Shown here in pieces: positions 46,528 through 56,202 of a stretch of 64,000 bases of DNA. Position 1 is the stretch's first letter; the number at the start of each line of letters is the position of its first letter. The notes beneath the pieces are model-generated. The model ran no database searches and was not told where the DNA came from. It saw only the letters and a list, made by a program, of their open reading frames with translations. Position numbers and translations under genes: made by a program. The DNA is from Candidatus Nomurabacteria bacterium. Its GTDB lineage: Bacteria; Patescibacteriota; Minisyncoccia; Phycocordibacterales; UBA9973. Where the stretch lies: contig JAHFNS010000001.1 of assembly GCA_023267215.1 (NCBI GenBank), positions 98,736 through 162,735 of the forward strand. Reading direction: 5' to 3'.

Positions 46528-47856
46528 ATGCCAAAAATGAAAGTACAATCAAATAGTTCTATTGATTTTGAAGTAAACGGCGGAAAAAAGTTAAGCGGAA
46601 CAATAAAGACTAATTTTTCTAAAAACGGCTCTGTTGGGCTTCTTTGTGCTTCCCTTTTAAATAAAGGAAAAACGACCTTGCACGGTATTGCTCGCATTGA
46701 AGAAGTTTATAGAGTGATAGAAATATTGGAAAGCATAGGAGTGAAAATCAATTGGATAAATCAAAACTCTATTCAAATAATTCCTCCCGTAAAATTTAAA
46801 CTAGAAAATATAAATGTTGAATCAGCGGTAAAGACTCGCTCCGTCGTGATGCTTATGGGCCCGATGATTCATTTCTTAAAATCTTTTTCTCTCCCTCATG
46901 CACAAGGCTGTAGCCTAGGCAAACGCACTATTGCTGCTCATACTTATGCCTTAGAAGACCTTGGAATAAAAATAAAAACGACAAATACGAGTTACGAAGT
47001 AAGCACTAAAAAAATAAAACCAGCTGATATTGTGATGTATGAATCTGGAGATACAGCCACTGAAAATATTTTACTTGCTTCCGCTTTAATTTCAGGTATT
47101 ACCAAAATATCTTTTGCTAGTCCTAACTACATGGTACAAGAAATTTGTTTCTTTCTTGAAACTTTAGGTGTACAAATAGATGGAGTTGGCACTTCTACGC
47201 TAACTGTGCATGGAATAAAAGAAATAAACAAAAATATTGAATATTGGAATAGTGAAGACCCTATTGAATCTATGATGTTTATTGCTGCTAGTATTATTAC
47301 TGACTCACATCTCACTATCACCCGAGTGCCTATAGATTTCTTGTCTCTTGAAATGGAAAAACTAAAAAGAATGCATTTAAAATACAAAATTTCAAAAATT
47401 TATTATTCTTATAACGGCAGAACAAAATTGGTAGATATTGAAATCTTTCCTAGTAAATTAAAAGCCTTAGAGGATAAAATCCACGCAAATCATCCAGGGA
47501 TAAATATAGACAATCTTCCCTTCTTTGTACCTATCGCTATAAAAGCACAAGGTCAAACGATGATTCATGATTGGTTTTATGAAGTACGTATGATATATAT
47601 GAATGAATTAAATCGTCTTGGGGCAAATGTTACTCTTGCCGACCAACACCGTCTCTATATTCAAGGTGGAACACCTCTCAAACCTGCACAAATCGTCTGT
47701 CCTCCAGCTCTTCGTCCCTCTATGGTTATACTTATTTCCATGCTTGGAGCTCCCGGCACATCCATTCTTCGCAATGTATATATGATAAATCGTGGCTATG
47801 AAGAAATAGCAAAACGTCTAAACTCCATTGGCGCCGACATTAAGATTTTAAAATGA
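46528..47856 (+). CDS. murA: UDP-N-acetylglucosamine 1-carboxyvinyltransferase MurA
   Basis: EPT/EPSP-synthase fold. N-terminal KLSGTIKTNFSKNGSVGLLCASLL, 442 aa. Stop overlaps miaA start. Confidence 0.8.
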   Translation: MPKMKVQSNSSIDFEVNGGKKLSGTIKTNFSKNGSVGLLCASLLNKGKTTLHGIARIEEVYRVIEILESIGVKINWINQNSIQIIPPVKFKLENINVESAVKTRSVVMLMGPMIHFLKSFSLPHAQGCSLGKRTIAAHTYALEDLGIKIKTTNTSYEVSTKKIKPADIVMYESGDTATENILLASALISGITKISFASPNYMVQEICFFLETLGVQIDGVGTSTLTVHGIKEINKNIEYWNSEDPIESMMFIAASIITDSHLTITRVPIDFLSLEMEKLKRMHLKYKISKIYYSYNGRTKLVDIEIFPSKLKALEDKIHANHPGINIDNLPFFVPIAIKAQGQTMIHDWFYEVRMIYMNELNRLGANVTLADQHRLYIQGGTPLKPAQIVCPPALRPSMVILISMLGAPGTSILRNVYMINRGYEEIAKRLNSIGADIKILK

Positions 47857-48794
47857 ATACACCTCACCCTAACCCTCTCCTTAATAAGGAGAGAGGAAAA
47901 ATCTTACCAAAGGTTATTGTGATATTAGGCTCAACAGCTACTGGAAAGAGTGACCTAGCTGTTAAAATTGCCAAAAAAATCAATGGAGAAGTTATTTCAG
48001 CTGATTCTAGACAAGTCTACAAAAGTCTTGATATAGGCACAGGTAAAATAAGTAAAAAAGAAATGAAGGGTATCCCTCATCATTTGCTCGATGTCGTAAA
48101 TCCAAAGAAAAAATTTACAGTCGCAGAATATCAAAAGAAAGCAATCCACGCCATGGCTCTGATTGTAAAAAAAGGCAAAACTCCCATAATTTGCGGAGGC
48201 ACGGGATTTTATATTGATGCTATTACCAAAAGCACCGTTTTTCCTGAAGTTCCACCGAATTTAAAATTAAGAAAAACTTTAGAAAAAAAATCAGCTCTAG
48301 AGCTTTTTAAAATGTTAATGAAATTAGATAAAAGACGTGCGAAAGATATAAAAGATAAAAATGAAATAAATAATAAAGTCAGATTAATAAGAGCAATAGA
48401 GATAGTTAAAGCTATCGGTAAAGTTCCAAAATTACAAAGTGACACAAACTCTGCCATGGCAAAAAATGTGTCACTATATGAGTTTATAAAAATTGGATTA
48501 TATTTATCGCCAGATGAATTAAAAAAGAAAATAGAAAAAAGAGTTAAAAAAATGTTTAAAGATGGATTGTTGAATGAAATAAAAAAATTAAAGAAAGCAG
48601 GAATATCCGAAAAAAGATTAAAAGAGTTTGGTTTTGAATACGATTCCCCTACTTATGAAAAAGTGGTGAAAGAAACCATAAAATACACCAAACGCCAAAT
48701 GACTTGGTTTAAGAGAGATAAAGAAATTAAATGGATTGATGCCTCAACACAAACAAATTTAGAAAAAATAATTAATGATTTACAAAAGGATTAA
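47853..48794 (+). CDS. miaA: tRNA dimethylallyltransferase MiaA
   Basis: P-loop GSTATGKSDLAVKIAK, DSRQVYKSLDIGTGK, HHLLDV. N-terminal 22 residues are encoded by a palindromic element. An in-frame GTG at ~47919 is an alternative start. Confidence 0.85.
   Translation: MNTPHPNPLLNKERGKILPKVIVILGSTATGKSDLAVKIAKKINGEVISADSRQVYKSLDIGTGKISKKEMKGIPHHLLDVVNPKKKFTVAEYQKKAIHAMALIVKKGKTPIICGGTGFYIDAITKSTVFPEVPPNLKLRKTLEKKSALELFKMLMKLDKRRAKDIKDKNEINNKVRLIRAIEIVKAIGKVPKLQSDTNSAMAKNVSLYEFIKIGLYLSPDELKKKIEKRVKKMFKDGLLNEIKKLKKAGISEKRLKEFGFEYDSPTYEKVVKETIKYTKRQMTWFKRDKEIKWIDASTQTNLEKIINDLQKD
47858..47915. repeat. family B palindromic element, copy 2 (5' end of miaA)
   Basis: acacctcaccctaa-ccctctcctt-aat-aaggagagagg-aaaaatctta-ccaaaggtt. 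Shares cctcacc, the core palindrome and ccaaaggt with copy 1. Confidence 0.7.
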
Positions 48795-49443
48795 AGTTGG
48801 TATCTCTATCATAATAATCTTCTCTTTCTTCTTTCTTTAAGAATTTTACGACTTTGTAGGTAATAGGTGTAAATAATATTTCAACACCTGTTTTAAATAA
48901 ATAATTCGAGATTATTAAGGTGACGAGTAATGAATTCGGTAAAATACCAAAGAAAGCTATTATAATAAAAATGACACTGTCCACAAGCTCTCCAACTAAC
49001 GTCGAACCTATGGTCCTAGTCCAGAGCCATCTACCACGTGTTATTATTTTCATTTTAGCTAAAACAAATGAGTTAGAAAATTCTCCAAAGAAATATGCTA
49101 TCAGACTGGCACAAACAATTCTAGGTGTTAATCCTAAAATAACATCATAAGCAGATTGATTATCCCAGCCAGATGCTGCTGGTAATTTCCCTACTACAAT
49201 AAATATAATAGACATCATAAGTGCCATAAAAAATCCAAGCCAAATAACACTTCTCGATCTTTTATAACCATAAACTTCAGTTAATACATCTCCAAAAATA
49301 TATGAAAGTGGAAACAATAAAGTACCTCCATCAAAGACGAACCATTTTAAATCTATAATTTTTGTCGAAGCTACATTAGAAATGAGTAGAACTGAGACAA
49401 AGAAAACGCTAATAACATTCAGGTATTTAAAATTTTTATTCAT
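48772..49443 (-). CDS. queuosine-precursor transporter (YhhQ/DUF165 family)
   Basis: LFPLSYIFGDVLTEVYGYKRSR signature. 6 TM. Start set at MNKNFKYL because the track ORF's extension would overlap tRNA-Trp. Confidence 0.65.
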   Translation of the reverse strand: MNKNFKYLNVISVFFVSVLLISNVASTKIIDLKWFVFDGGTLLFPLSYIFGDVLTEVYGYKRSRSVIWLGFFMALMMSIIFIVVGKLPAASGWDNQSAYDVILGLTPRIVCASLIAYFFGEFSNSFVLAKMKIITRGRWLWTRTIGSTLVGELVDSVIFIIIAFFGILPNSLLVTLIISNYLFKTGVEILFTPITYKVVKFLKKEEREDYYDRDTNFNPFVNH

Positions 49444-49446
49444 TTG

Positions 49447-49517
49447 CGGGCGATGAGAGAATCGAACTCCCGCCAAAGGTTTTGGAGACCTTCGTTCTAC
49501 CACTAAACTAATCGCCC
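49447..49517 (-). tRNA. tRNA-Trp (anticodon CCA)
   Basis: Reverse complement GGGCGATTAGTTTAGTGGTAGAACGAAGGTCTCCAAAACCTTTGGCGGGAGTTCGATTCTCTCATCGCCCG. Anticodon loop CU-CCA-AA, G73. Confidence 0.8.
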
Positions 49518-49584
49518 TAACATAAACAAAAAGAACAACTTTACGCTGTCAATTTAGTATAGCAAAATAAAGAAAAAATTGAAA

Positions 49585-49743
49585 TTATTTTTTAACTTCT
49601 TTATGCTTCACTTGTTTTTTACACCATTTGCAATACTTTTTGAGCTCGATTTTTTTAGTAACGAGTTTCTTATTTTTACTGGACCAGTAATTGATACGTT
49701 TACAGGTAGTACATGCAAGTTTTATAAGTCTATCTTGTGACAT
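49585..49743 (-). CDS. rpmG: 50S ribosomal protein L33
   Basis: Not in ORF track (52 aa). Translation MSQDRLIKLACTTCKRINYWSSKNKKLVTKKIELKKYCKWCKKQVKHKEVKK has the L33 CxxC...CxxC zinc ribbon and YxxxKNKK pattern. Confidence 0.7.
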   Translation of the reverse strand: MSQDRLIKLACTTCKRINYWSSKNKKLVTKKIELKKYCKWCKKQVKHKEVKK

Positions 49744-49787
49744 ATATATAGAATAATATAAAATCCTTTAAATTGCAAGCCTATTTT

Positions 49788-50924
49788 TTATTTTACAACC
49801 CTCGGCAAGAGGGCACTTAGGCGCGTGGTTATTTCATAATTTATAGTATCAATCTTTTCAGCCATTTCTTCTGCTGTAATTTGTTCTTTGCCTTGATTCC
49901 CTATTATTACAACCTCATCCTCAATTTTTACATTTTTTAAATTATTTATATCAACGACAAACATATTCATGGCAATTCTGCCTAAAATTTTGCATCTTGT
50001 CTCATTAATAAGAACTTCAGCCTTGTTTGATAGTCCTCTATCTATGCCATCAGCATAGCCTTGTGGTATTACAGCTATTTTTGTTGGAGCATATGTCATA
50101 AAAGTTAACCCATATCCTATAGTGTTCCCAGCTGGTAGGGTTTTAATTTGAGCAATCTTTGTTTTCCAAGAAAGTACTGGTTTTAATTCCAATTTATTTT
50201 TATATTGATATTTTATATGTTCCGATGGCCACATACCATACACTCCAATACCAAGTCTGATAATATTATTTATTCCTTTATTTTTTTCATAAACAAGCAA
50301 ACCAGAAGTAGCAGAAATATGTGTCTGTAAATTTTTATAACCAAACTTTTTTGCGATATTTATTGCTTCACCGAATTTTTTTATTTGCTTTTTAGCATGT
50401 GTAAAATTATTTGTATCTTCTATGTTTGCAAAGTGTGCATAAATTCCTGTAAGTTTTATATTTCTACATTTCTTTAGTTCCTCAAAAAATTTAGATAACT
50501 CATTTATCAAAAAACCTTCTCGGCCTAAATATGCATCTATCGGCAAATGTATTTCTTGTTTAATTTTTAATTTTTTAGATACTTTATCTATATTTTTTAA
50601 TTCTTCTAAAGAAAAAACAGATAAAATGGGGCCTAATTTGATAGCTTTATTTAAATCCCCTTTTTTCACATAACCTAAAAGTAAAACTTTCTTTTTACTA
50701 ACTTTTCTCAATAAACTAAGTTCCTCTATACTATTTATTTGAAAATAATCTACATATGGTTCTAGAACTTTGGCTATTTCATTCTGACCATGACCATAAG
50801 CATTACCTTTTATGGCAACAGAAAACTTAGTACCCTTTTTGGCTAAATTTCTAAACTGCTTGATATTATGAATCAAATTTTCTTTTGATAATTCAATGTA
50901 AGAAAGAGGTAAATTATTTTTCAC
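49788..50924 (-). CDS. alr: alanine racemase
   Basis: PLP-lysine motif AIKGNAYGHG, TIM-barrel plus C-terminal beta domain. Confidence 0.85.
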   Translation of the reverse strand: MKNNLPLSYIELSKENLIHNIKQFRNLAKKGTKFSVAIKGNAYGHGQNEIAKVLEPYVDYFQINSIEELSLLRKVSKKKVLLLGYVKKGDLNKAIKLGPILSVFSLEELKNIDKVSKKLKIKQEIHLPIDAYLGREGFLINELSKFFEELKKCRNIKLTGIYAHFANIEDTNNFTHAKKQIKKFGEAINIAKKFGYKNLQTHISATSGLLVYEKNKGINNIIRLGIGVYGMWPSEHIKYQYKNKLELKPVLSWKTKIAQIKTLPAGNTIGYGLTFMTYAPTKIAVIPQGYADGIDRGLSNKAEVLINETRCKILGRIAMNMFVVDINNLKNVKIEDEVVIIGNQGKEQITAEEMAEKIDTINYEITTRLSALLPRVVK

Positions 50925-50929
50925 AATAT

Positions 50930-51901
50930 TTATTTAACGGTAGTTTTTAATTTTTGTTCTCTTTTAAATCTTTCTACTGCTAAGTCAATCAATCTATCTA
51001 ATAATCTAGCTAGCGGCAAACCACTTGCTTCCCATAATTTTGGATACATACTTATTGATGTAAATCCTGGAATTGTATTAATTTCATTAACAAATATTTT
51101 TCCATCTTTCTTAACAAAGAAATCTACCCTTCCCATACCTTCACAACAAAGAACTTCAAAAACTTTTACAGCTATGTTTTGAACTTTTTTGACAATATCT
51201 TTTGAAAGTCTAGCTGGTATTAAAAGATCTGCAGCTTTGTCGTCAAGATATTTAGCTTTGTAAGAATAAAAATCATTAATCGGAACTATCTCTCCCGGGA
51301 TCGAAGCTTCAGGATTTTCATTTCCCAAAACAGAACATTCTATCTCTTGTCCTTCTATAAATTCTTCTAGAACAACCTTACTGTCATAATTAAAAGCATC
51401 TTTTACTCCAGCTAAAAATTCTTTTTCATTATTTACTTTATGAATACCTACAGAAGAACCCATGTTTGCTGGCTTTATAAAAATAGGCAAACCCAATTTT
51501 TTTTCTAAATCTTTAAAAGAAATTTTTTCTTTTTGTTTTATTGTCACAAATTTACCGATAGGAATACCTGCTTCTTTGAAAATTCTTTTCATTACATCTT
51601 TATCCATAGAAACAGCCGAACCTAAAACACTAGGACCAACAAAAGGTAAATTTAAAATTTTTAATAATCCTTGCATGCTTCCATCTTCTCCAAATGGTCC
51701 ATGAAGAACAGGAAAAATGACGTCTACTTTCTTAAGAGAATTTAAATCAAATTTACCATCTCTATTTATTTTAATTGGGAATATCTGATATTTATTTTTA
51801 TCTAATGCACTAATCACGTTTTTTGAGGAAACTAAAGAAACATCATGTTCTGCTGATTTACCTCCAAAAAGTATACCTATTTTTAACTTCTTTTTTACCA
51901 T
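50930..51901 (-). CDS. ddl: D-alanine--D-alanine ligase
   Basis: KIGILFGGKSAEHDVSLVS, ATP-grasp motifs (EFIEGQEIECSV, RVDFFV...NEINTIPGFT). Confidence 0.9.
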   Translation of the reverse strand: MVKKKLKIGILFGGKSAEHDVSLVSSKNVISALDKNKYQIFPIKINRDGKFDLNSLKKVDVIFPVLHGPFGEDGSMQGLLKILNLPFVGPSVLGSAVSMDKDVMKRIFKEAGIPIGKFVTIKQKEKISFKDLEKKLGLPIFIKPANMGSSVGIHKVNNEKEFLAGVKDAFNYDSKVVLEEFIEGQEIECSVLGNENPEASIPGEIVPINDFYSYKAKYLDDKAADLLIPARLSKDIVKKVQNIAVKVFEVLCCEGMGRVDFFVKKDGKIFVNEINTIPGFTSISMYPKLWEASGLPLARLLDRLIDLAVERFKREQKLKTTVK

Positions 51902-51940
51902 ATTTTGAGTATAACATTTATATTTATAAATAAAAATAAT

Positions 51941-52825
51941 TTAATTATCTAAAATATTAACCATTTTTTCCATATCTATAAATCTCCCTTCTTCAGTCGA
52001 GCCTAAGACAGTAATTGCCACAATGTGTCCGTTTTTAGCCTTATAGATTATAGTTAAATTCCCTCCTGCTAGCGGAGTAAATCCTGTTTTAGAAAACAAA
52101 ATATTTGGTATTTTATCTAAAATCACATCAGTATTTTTAATATTATGTTCAAAACCTGAAAGAGATTTTATCTTTATTTCTGGCAATATTGTAGCACTGA
52201 AAATTTCAGGATAACCTTTAAAAGCATATAAAGCTAGTATATTCATACCTTCTGCTGTAGCAGAAGCTCCTGCATGACTCTCGTCTATATCTAATCCGGT
52301 AGGATTTAAAAACAAAGTTTTCTCCATTCCTATCTTTTTTGCTTTCAAATTCATTTGTTCTAAAAAATTATTAACACTTTCTGCTAAAGCATACGCTCCA
52401 TCATTCACAGAACCTATCAAGGTGAATTTAGCCAAATCTTCTATTTTAAATTTTTCATTCACAAAAAATCCATAATCACTTTCTTGCTTTAAAGCATTTT
52501 GAGAGATAAAAATAACATCACTTTCTTCGTGTTTACTTAAAGCTAAGATGATCGTCATTATCTTCGTAAGTGAAGCAATGGGCATAGAAACATCATCGTT
52601 CTTTGCATAAATTTTTACCCCTTGAGTCTGATCATAGATAGATATTGCCCTAGCTTGAATGGAAGCATTAGTGAGTATGTTTTGTATTTTTTCTATTTTA
52701 GTTTCTTCATTGTTAAATAAATTATCTAATTTTTTATTTTCAATAAAAAATAAAATTGCCTCTAAGGCAAGAATAATTAAAATAAAAAATAAAAAATAAT
52801 TTTCTTTAGATATCTTCATCTTCAT
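51941..52825 (-). CDS. D-alanyl-D-alanine carboxypeptidase (S11, PBP5/6-like)
   Basis: SLTKIMT (SxxK), SVNDG (SxN), KTGFT (KTG). N-terminal signal/TM. Confidence 0.8.
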   Translation of the reverse strand: MKMKISKENYFLFFILIILALEAILFFIENKKLDNLFNNEETKIEKIQNILTNASIQARAISIYDQTQGVKIYAKNDDVSMPIASLTKIMTIILALSKHEESDVIFISQNALKQESDYGFFVNEKFKIEDLAKFTLIGSVNDGAYALAESVNNFLEQMNLKAKKIGMEKTLFLNPTGLDIDESHAGASATAEGMNILALYAFKGYPEIFSATILPEIKIKSLSGFEHNIKNTDVILDKIPNILFSKTGFTPLAGGNLTIIYKAKNGHIVAITVLGSTEEGRFIDMEKMVNILDN

Positions 52826-53366
52826 TCTTTATTTCTTCTGCTAAATTTTGTGAACTAGATTCTATCGTGGTATTTATTAATTCATAATCTGGTAATTCTT
52901 CTACAGATTTAACACCCATGAAAGAAAGTAATTCGAAAGTAGGCTTATAAATATAACGTCTACTATCTAAGGGGTCAACACTTTTTTCTATGAGTCCTCT
53001 TATAGAAAGCGCTCGCAGGGTGAAACTAGAATTTACACCTCTTATATAATCTATCAATGCACGGCCAACTCCATTTTTATAAAGGATAACAGAAAGAGTT
53101 TCTAGGCTTGCTTTTGAAAGCTCTTTATTTAATTCTTCTTTTTGTAATTTTTCTATAAGGTCTGAGAGTTCTCCCGCAGTACCCAAAGTAACCTCATTCT
53201 CTTTTTCTTGCAATACTATTCCTCTACCCTTCAGGTTTTCTTTTAATTTTTCTAAAGCTTCATTCATTTCCATCTGCTCCACACCCAAAAATTCAGAAAG
53301 TTTCTTCCTAGACATTGGTTCTCCTTTAAAGAAAAGTATTGCTTCTATTTTTTGTTCTAAATCCAT
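52806..53366 (-). CDS. scpB: segregation and condensation protein B
   Basis: Two winged-helix repeats (IEAILFFKGEPMSRKKLSEFLGV... / ...GRALIDYIRGVNSSFTLRALSIRGLIEK). Confidence 0.8.
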   Translation of the reverse strand: MDLEQKIEAILFFKGEPMSRKKLSEFLGVEQMEMNEALEKLKENLKGRGIVLQEKENEVTLGTAGELSDLIEKLQKEELNKELSKASLETLSVILYKNGVGRALIDYIRGVNSSFTLRALSIRGLIEKSVDPLDSRRYIYKPTFELLSFMGVKSVEELPDYELINTTIESSSQNLAEEIKNEDEDI

Positions 53367-53427
53367 AAATTATTATAAATATTAATAACATTTAGAGCGA
53401 AGGCTCAAAAATTCTTTAGCAAAATCT

Positions 53428-54165
53428 TCATATCTGTTTCTCTATCAATATGTCTTCAAAATTATTCTCCTGCACGACATGGAGAATTCCCTGCCTCACA
53501 AGTTCTAGCATAGCAAGAAAACCAACAATTACAACTACCTTTTCTTCTCGCGTCTTCGCCACCCCAGAAAAGTCTCTAAAACTCATTTTTAGTGCCCCTT
53601 GTATTCTCTCGGTCAATTTATCAATCATTTCTTCTATGCTCATCACTTTTTTCACTTCCACTTCTGGTAAGAATACTTTTTTGGGCATTCTGCCGAGAGC
53701 ATCTTTCGCAAAAGTCATCATAGACTCTTTTGTGATTTGCTCATCTGGTAAAAATACCAAGACTTCATTCTTTCTTTCAAGTGGAGCAAAAATTATTTTC
53801 TCACCAAACCTCTCTTTGATATGCCCTGCGAGCTTCATATAAGTCTCGTAGAGTTTCAATCTGTCTTCTAAGTTGTGTATGTCACTTTCTTCTTCAGAAG
53901 TTAAATTCAAATTTGGTAAAAGTGATTTTGATTTTATTAAAATGAGTGTCGCTGCGACGACGATAAAACTAGAAATCTCAGAAGGATCTTTCTTCTCTAA
54001 TTCATTTACATATTTCAAGTAGTCTTCAGTGACTTGAGCTAAAGATAAATCATTGATAAAAAACTTCCTTTCTTCGATCAAAGAAAGCAATAAATGAAAC
54101 GGCCCTTCATAGGCGTCTGTTTTTATCTTATATAAATCTTTTGTCACTTCGGCTTCTTCTCCCAT
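53428..54165 (-). CDS. scpA: segregation and condensation protein A
   Basis: YEGPFHLLLSLIEERKFFINDLSLAQVTEDYLKY kleisin N-terminus. C-terminal winged helix. Confidence 0.75.
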   Translation of the reverse strand: MGEEAEVTKDLYKIKTDAYEGPFHLLLSLIEERKFFINDLSLAQVTEDYLKYVNELEKKDPSEISSFIVVAATLILIKSKSLLPNLNLTSEEESDIHNLEDRLKLYETYMKLAGHIKERFGEKIIFAPLERKNEVLVFLPDEQITKESMMTFAKDALGRMPKKVFLPEVEVKKVMSIEEMIDKLTERIQGALKMSFRDFSGVAKTREEKVVVIVGFLAMLELVRQGILHVVQENNFEDILIEKQI

Positions 54166-54193
54166 CCTTATAGTATATACCTTTTTTTATATT

Positions 54194-54592
54194 TTATCTA
54201 TTTAAATAAGTAACGGTGAGCTGTAAGACAGTCGCAAACATAACCCATAAAAGATATGGAATGTTGACAAGAGCAACCCATTTCACATATGGATAAATGA
54301 TTATCAACGCCCAAATCAAGGTTCCTAAAACGAGAAGTATGTCTATCGCTGCTAAATAATTGTTCTGCAAAGTAAATTGGAAATAAGTAAAAGATAAATT
54401 GAAAATAAGATTGAGGATAAAAGGAATCAAAACAAAAACTGGTAATTCTTTTTTGAAAACTTTATAAAATACTGTCCCAAAAGAAAAAATAATAATTGCA
54501 TAAAGTACACTCCACACTGGACCAAAGAGCCAAGAAGGTGGAGCCCAAGATGGTTTTATAAGTTGCTGATACCAAGAATAAGATGTATTCAT
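54194..54592 (-). CDS. tspO: tryptophan-rich sensory protein TspO/MBR
   Basis: WYQQLIKPSWAPPSWLFGPVWSVLY signature. 5 TM, 132 aa. Confidence 0.7.
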   Translation of the reverse strand: MNTSYSWYQQLIKPSWAPPSWLFGPVWSVLYAIIIFSFGTVFYKVFKKELPVFVLIPFILNLIFNLSFTYFQFTLQNNYLAAIDILLVLGTLIWALIIIYPYVKWVALVNIPYLLWVMFATVLQLTVTYLNR

Positions 54593-54604
54593 AATTATAT
54601 TTTA

Positions 54605-55354
54605 TTAATTAATAATCATGCTTAAAACTTCCCCCTTCTCATTTGTAGTATATGTAAAATTCTTTTTTTCTTGAATATGCCCATCTTCATACATTACAGT
54701 TCCTGACTTTTTTTCTAAATCAATAGTGTTAGACAAAACATGCCAAGAACCACCTAATACAGCTTTTACAGGAGAAAGGCTAATTATATTATCTTTCAAA
54801 TATTTTTCTACATTCTCTCTTTCTGTTAAGTCAGAACAGGAAACATCATTAAGGGTCAAAGTATAATGAATATCTGGATTCTCTGTATAAGCATAAACAC
54901 CATCACCTCTATCAGCCGTCCCTCCAAATCCCACACTAGCTGTACCTTCTCCAAAGATTATTCTCTGCTCTTCCATCACATTCATTCCTTCACCAAATGT
55001 ATTCCACCATAAGTCTGCAGTACGGCTCATGCTCATTTTATCAACAGGGCTCACAGTACCTACAAATTTACCCACTTTACTATCTTTTTGAGCTGGAAAA
55101 AAATTTAATTCACCTGTTGCATTCGTACCACCTTCTCCACTAAGTAATAGTCGCAAAGTAAATTTATCATAATATCCACTATCATCATAAGGCTTGCCAT
55201 ATTTAGCAAAACAAAGTTCGATTGGTTTAATGTCAGTATTAGTGCCTATTGTATTTATAGGTTTAAATATATTTATACCACCTAAAAAGTAAAGCCAATA
55301 CACAAAACAAAGCACTATGATCAACGATATTATAATTGTTATTTTTTTAGTCAT
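54605..55354 (-). CDS. hypothetical membrane-anchored extracytoplasmic protein
   Basis: N-terminal TM (ITIIISLIIVLCFVYWLYFLGG). No motif recognised. Confidence 0.5.
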   Translation of the reverse strand: MTKKITIIISLIIVLCFVYWLYFLGGINIFKPINTIGTNTDIKPIELCFAKYGKPYDDSGYYDKFTLRLLLSGEGGTNATGELNFFPAQKDSKVGKFVGTVSPVDKMSMSRTADLWWNTFGEGMNVMEEQRIIFGEGTASVGFGGTADRGDGVYAYTENPDIHYTLTLNDVSCSDLTERENVEKYLKDNIISLSPVKAVLGGSWHVLSNTIDLEKKSGTVMYEDGHIQEKKNFTYTTNEKGEVLSMIIN

Positions 55355-55392
55355 ATCATTTATGACGCCAATTTCATACTTTCATTACAATA

Positions 55393-56109
55393 CTATTTTA
55401 GCGTAATGCTTTTTATTATTATTGGTTCAAGGGGTTTATCAGAACTATCTGTCTTTACAGAATTTATTGCGAGAGCTACATCCGAACCCGCAATTACTTT
55501 ACCAAACACAACATGCTTCGTATCTAAAAAATTATTATTAGCAGCATTGATGAAAAATTGACTACCGTTTGTGTTTGGTCCTGAATTCGCCATTGCTATC
55601 GTACCTAGATCATTTTTGTTATTAGAATTTAATTCATCATCAAATTTATATCCTGGATTTCCCGTACCCCAAGAATCTTTTTTAGAATCATCTTTAGAAA
55701 GTGGGTCTCCTCCTTGACTCATAAAACCTTTGATCACTCGATGAAATTTAGTCTCATCATAAAAGCCCTTTTTTGCCAAAGTAATAAAATTCTCTACAGT
55801 TTTTGGCGTATTTGGATTAAATTCTATTTTAATGTCTCCTTTGTTTGTATGTAATATTGCACTCATAATTTTTTTGTCATCGACTTGGTTATTAATATTT
55901 TTATCTTTTGTACTATCGACAGGTGTTTGTGTTTGTTCCTGTGCTTGTAATTGTGTTTGATTCTCGGATTTTTGTGCAGGAGAATTAGATAATAAACTAG
56001 CTAATTTTTGTTCTTCCTCACTTGGTACTTTTTTTTCGCTTGGCATAGAAAGCCAATAACCTGTTCCAAGTGCTATAAGTATCAAAAATCCAATTCCAAT
56101 TTTACTCAT
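55393..56109 (-). CDS. peptidyl-prolyl cis-trans isomerase, cyclophilin type, with N-terminal anchor/linker
   Basis: AILHTNKGDIKIEFNPNTPKTVENFITLAKKGFYDETKFHRVIKGFMSQGGDP cyclophilin core. N-terminal TM then Gln/Ser-rich linker. Confidence 0.85.
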   Translation of the reverse strand: MSKIGIGFLILIALGTGYWLSMPSEKKVPSEEEQKLASLLSNSPAQKSENQTQLQAQEQTQTPVDSTKDKNINNQVDDKKIMSAILHTNKGDIKIEFNPNTPKTVENFITLAKKGFYDETKFHRVIKGFMSQGGDPLSKDDSKKDSWGTGNPGYKFDDELNSNNKNDLGTIAMANSGPNTNGSQFFINAANNNFLDTKHVVFGKVIAGSDVALAINSVKTDSSDKPLEPIIIKSITLK

Positions 56110-56164
56110 TTTTTATTTACTAATTAAATCTTATAATTTTCTTATTATATATTAAATTTTGCAC

Positions 56165-56195
56165 ATACAAAATGCCCCCTTGGAGGCATTTTGTA
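56165..56195. terminator. hairpin terminator-like element downstream of the SWIB gene
   Basis: aaaatgcc-ccctt/gga-ggcatttt inverted repeat (8-bp stem) flanked by T-rich sequence. Confidence 0.4.
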
Positions 56196-56202
56196 TTAAT
56201 AA

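Noticed and set aside
46494-46697. Minus-strand 67-aa ORF
   Set aside because: It overlaps tRNA-Leu and the start of murA on the opposite strand.
49444-49503. N-terminal extension MVERRSPKPLAGVRFSHRPQ of the yhhQ-like ORF
   Set aside because: It is simply the reverse-strand reading of tRNA-Trp. The gene more plausibly starts at MNKNFKYL.
49795-49815. GC-rich hairpin ccctc-ggcaa-gaggg at the 3' end of alr
   Set aside because: It lies within the coding sequence (LSALLPRVVK). The 5-bp stem is too short to call a repeat family or a terminator.
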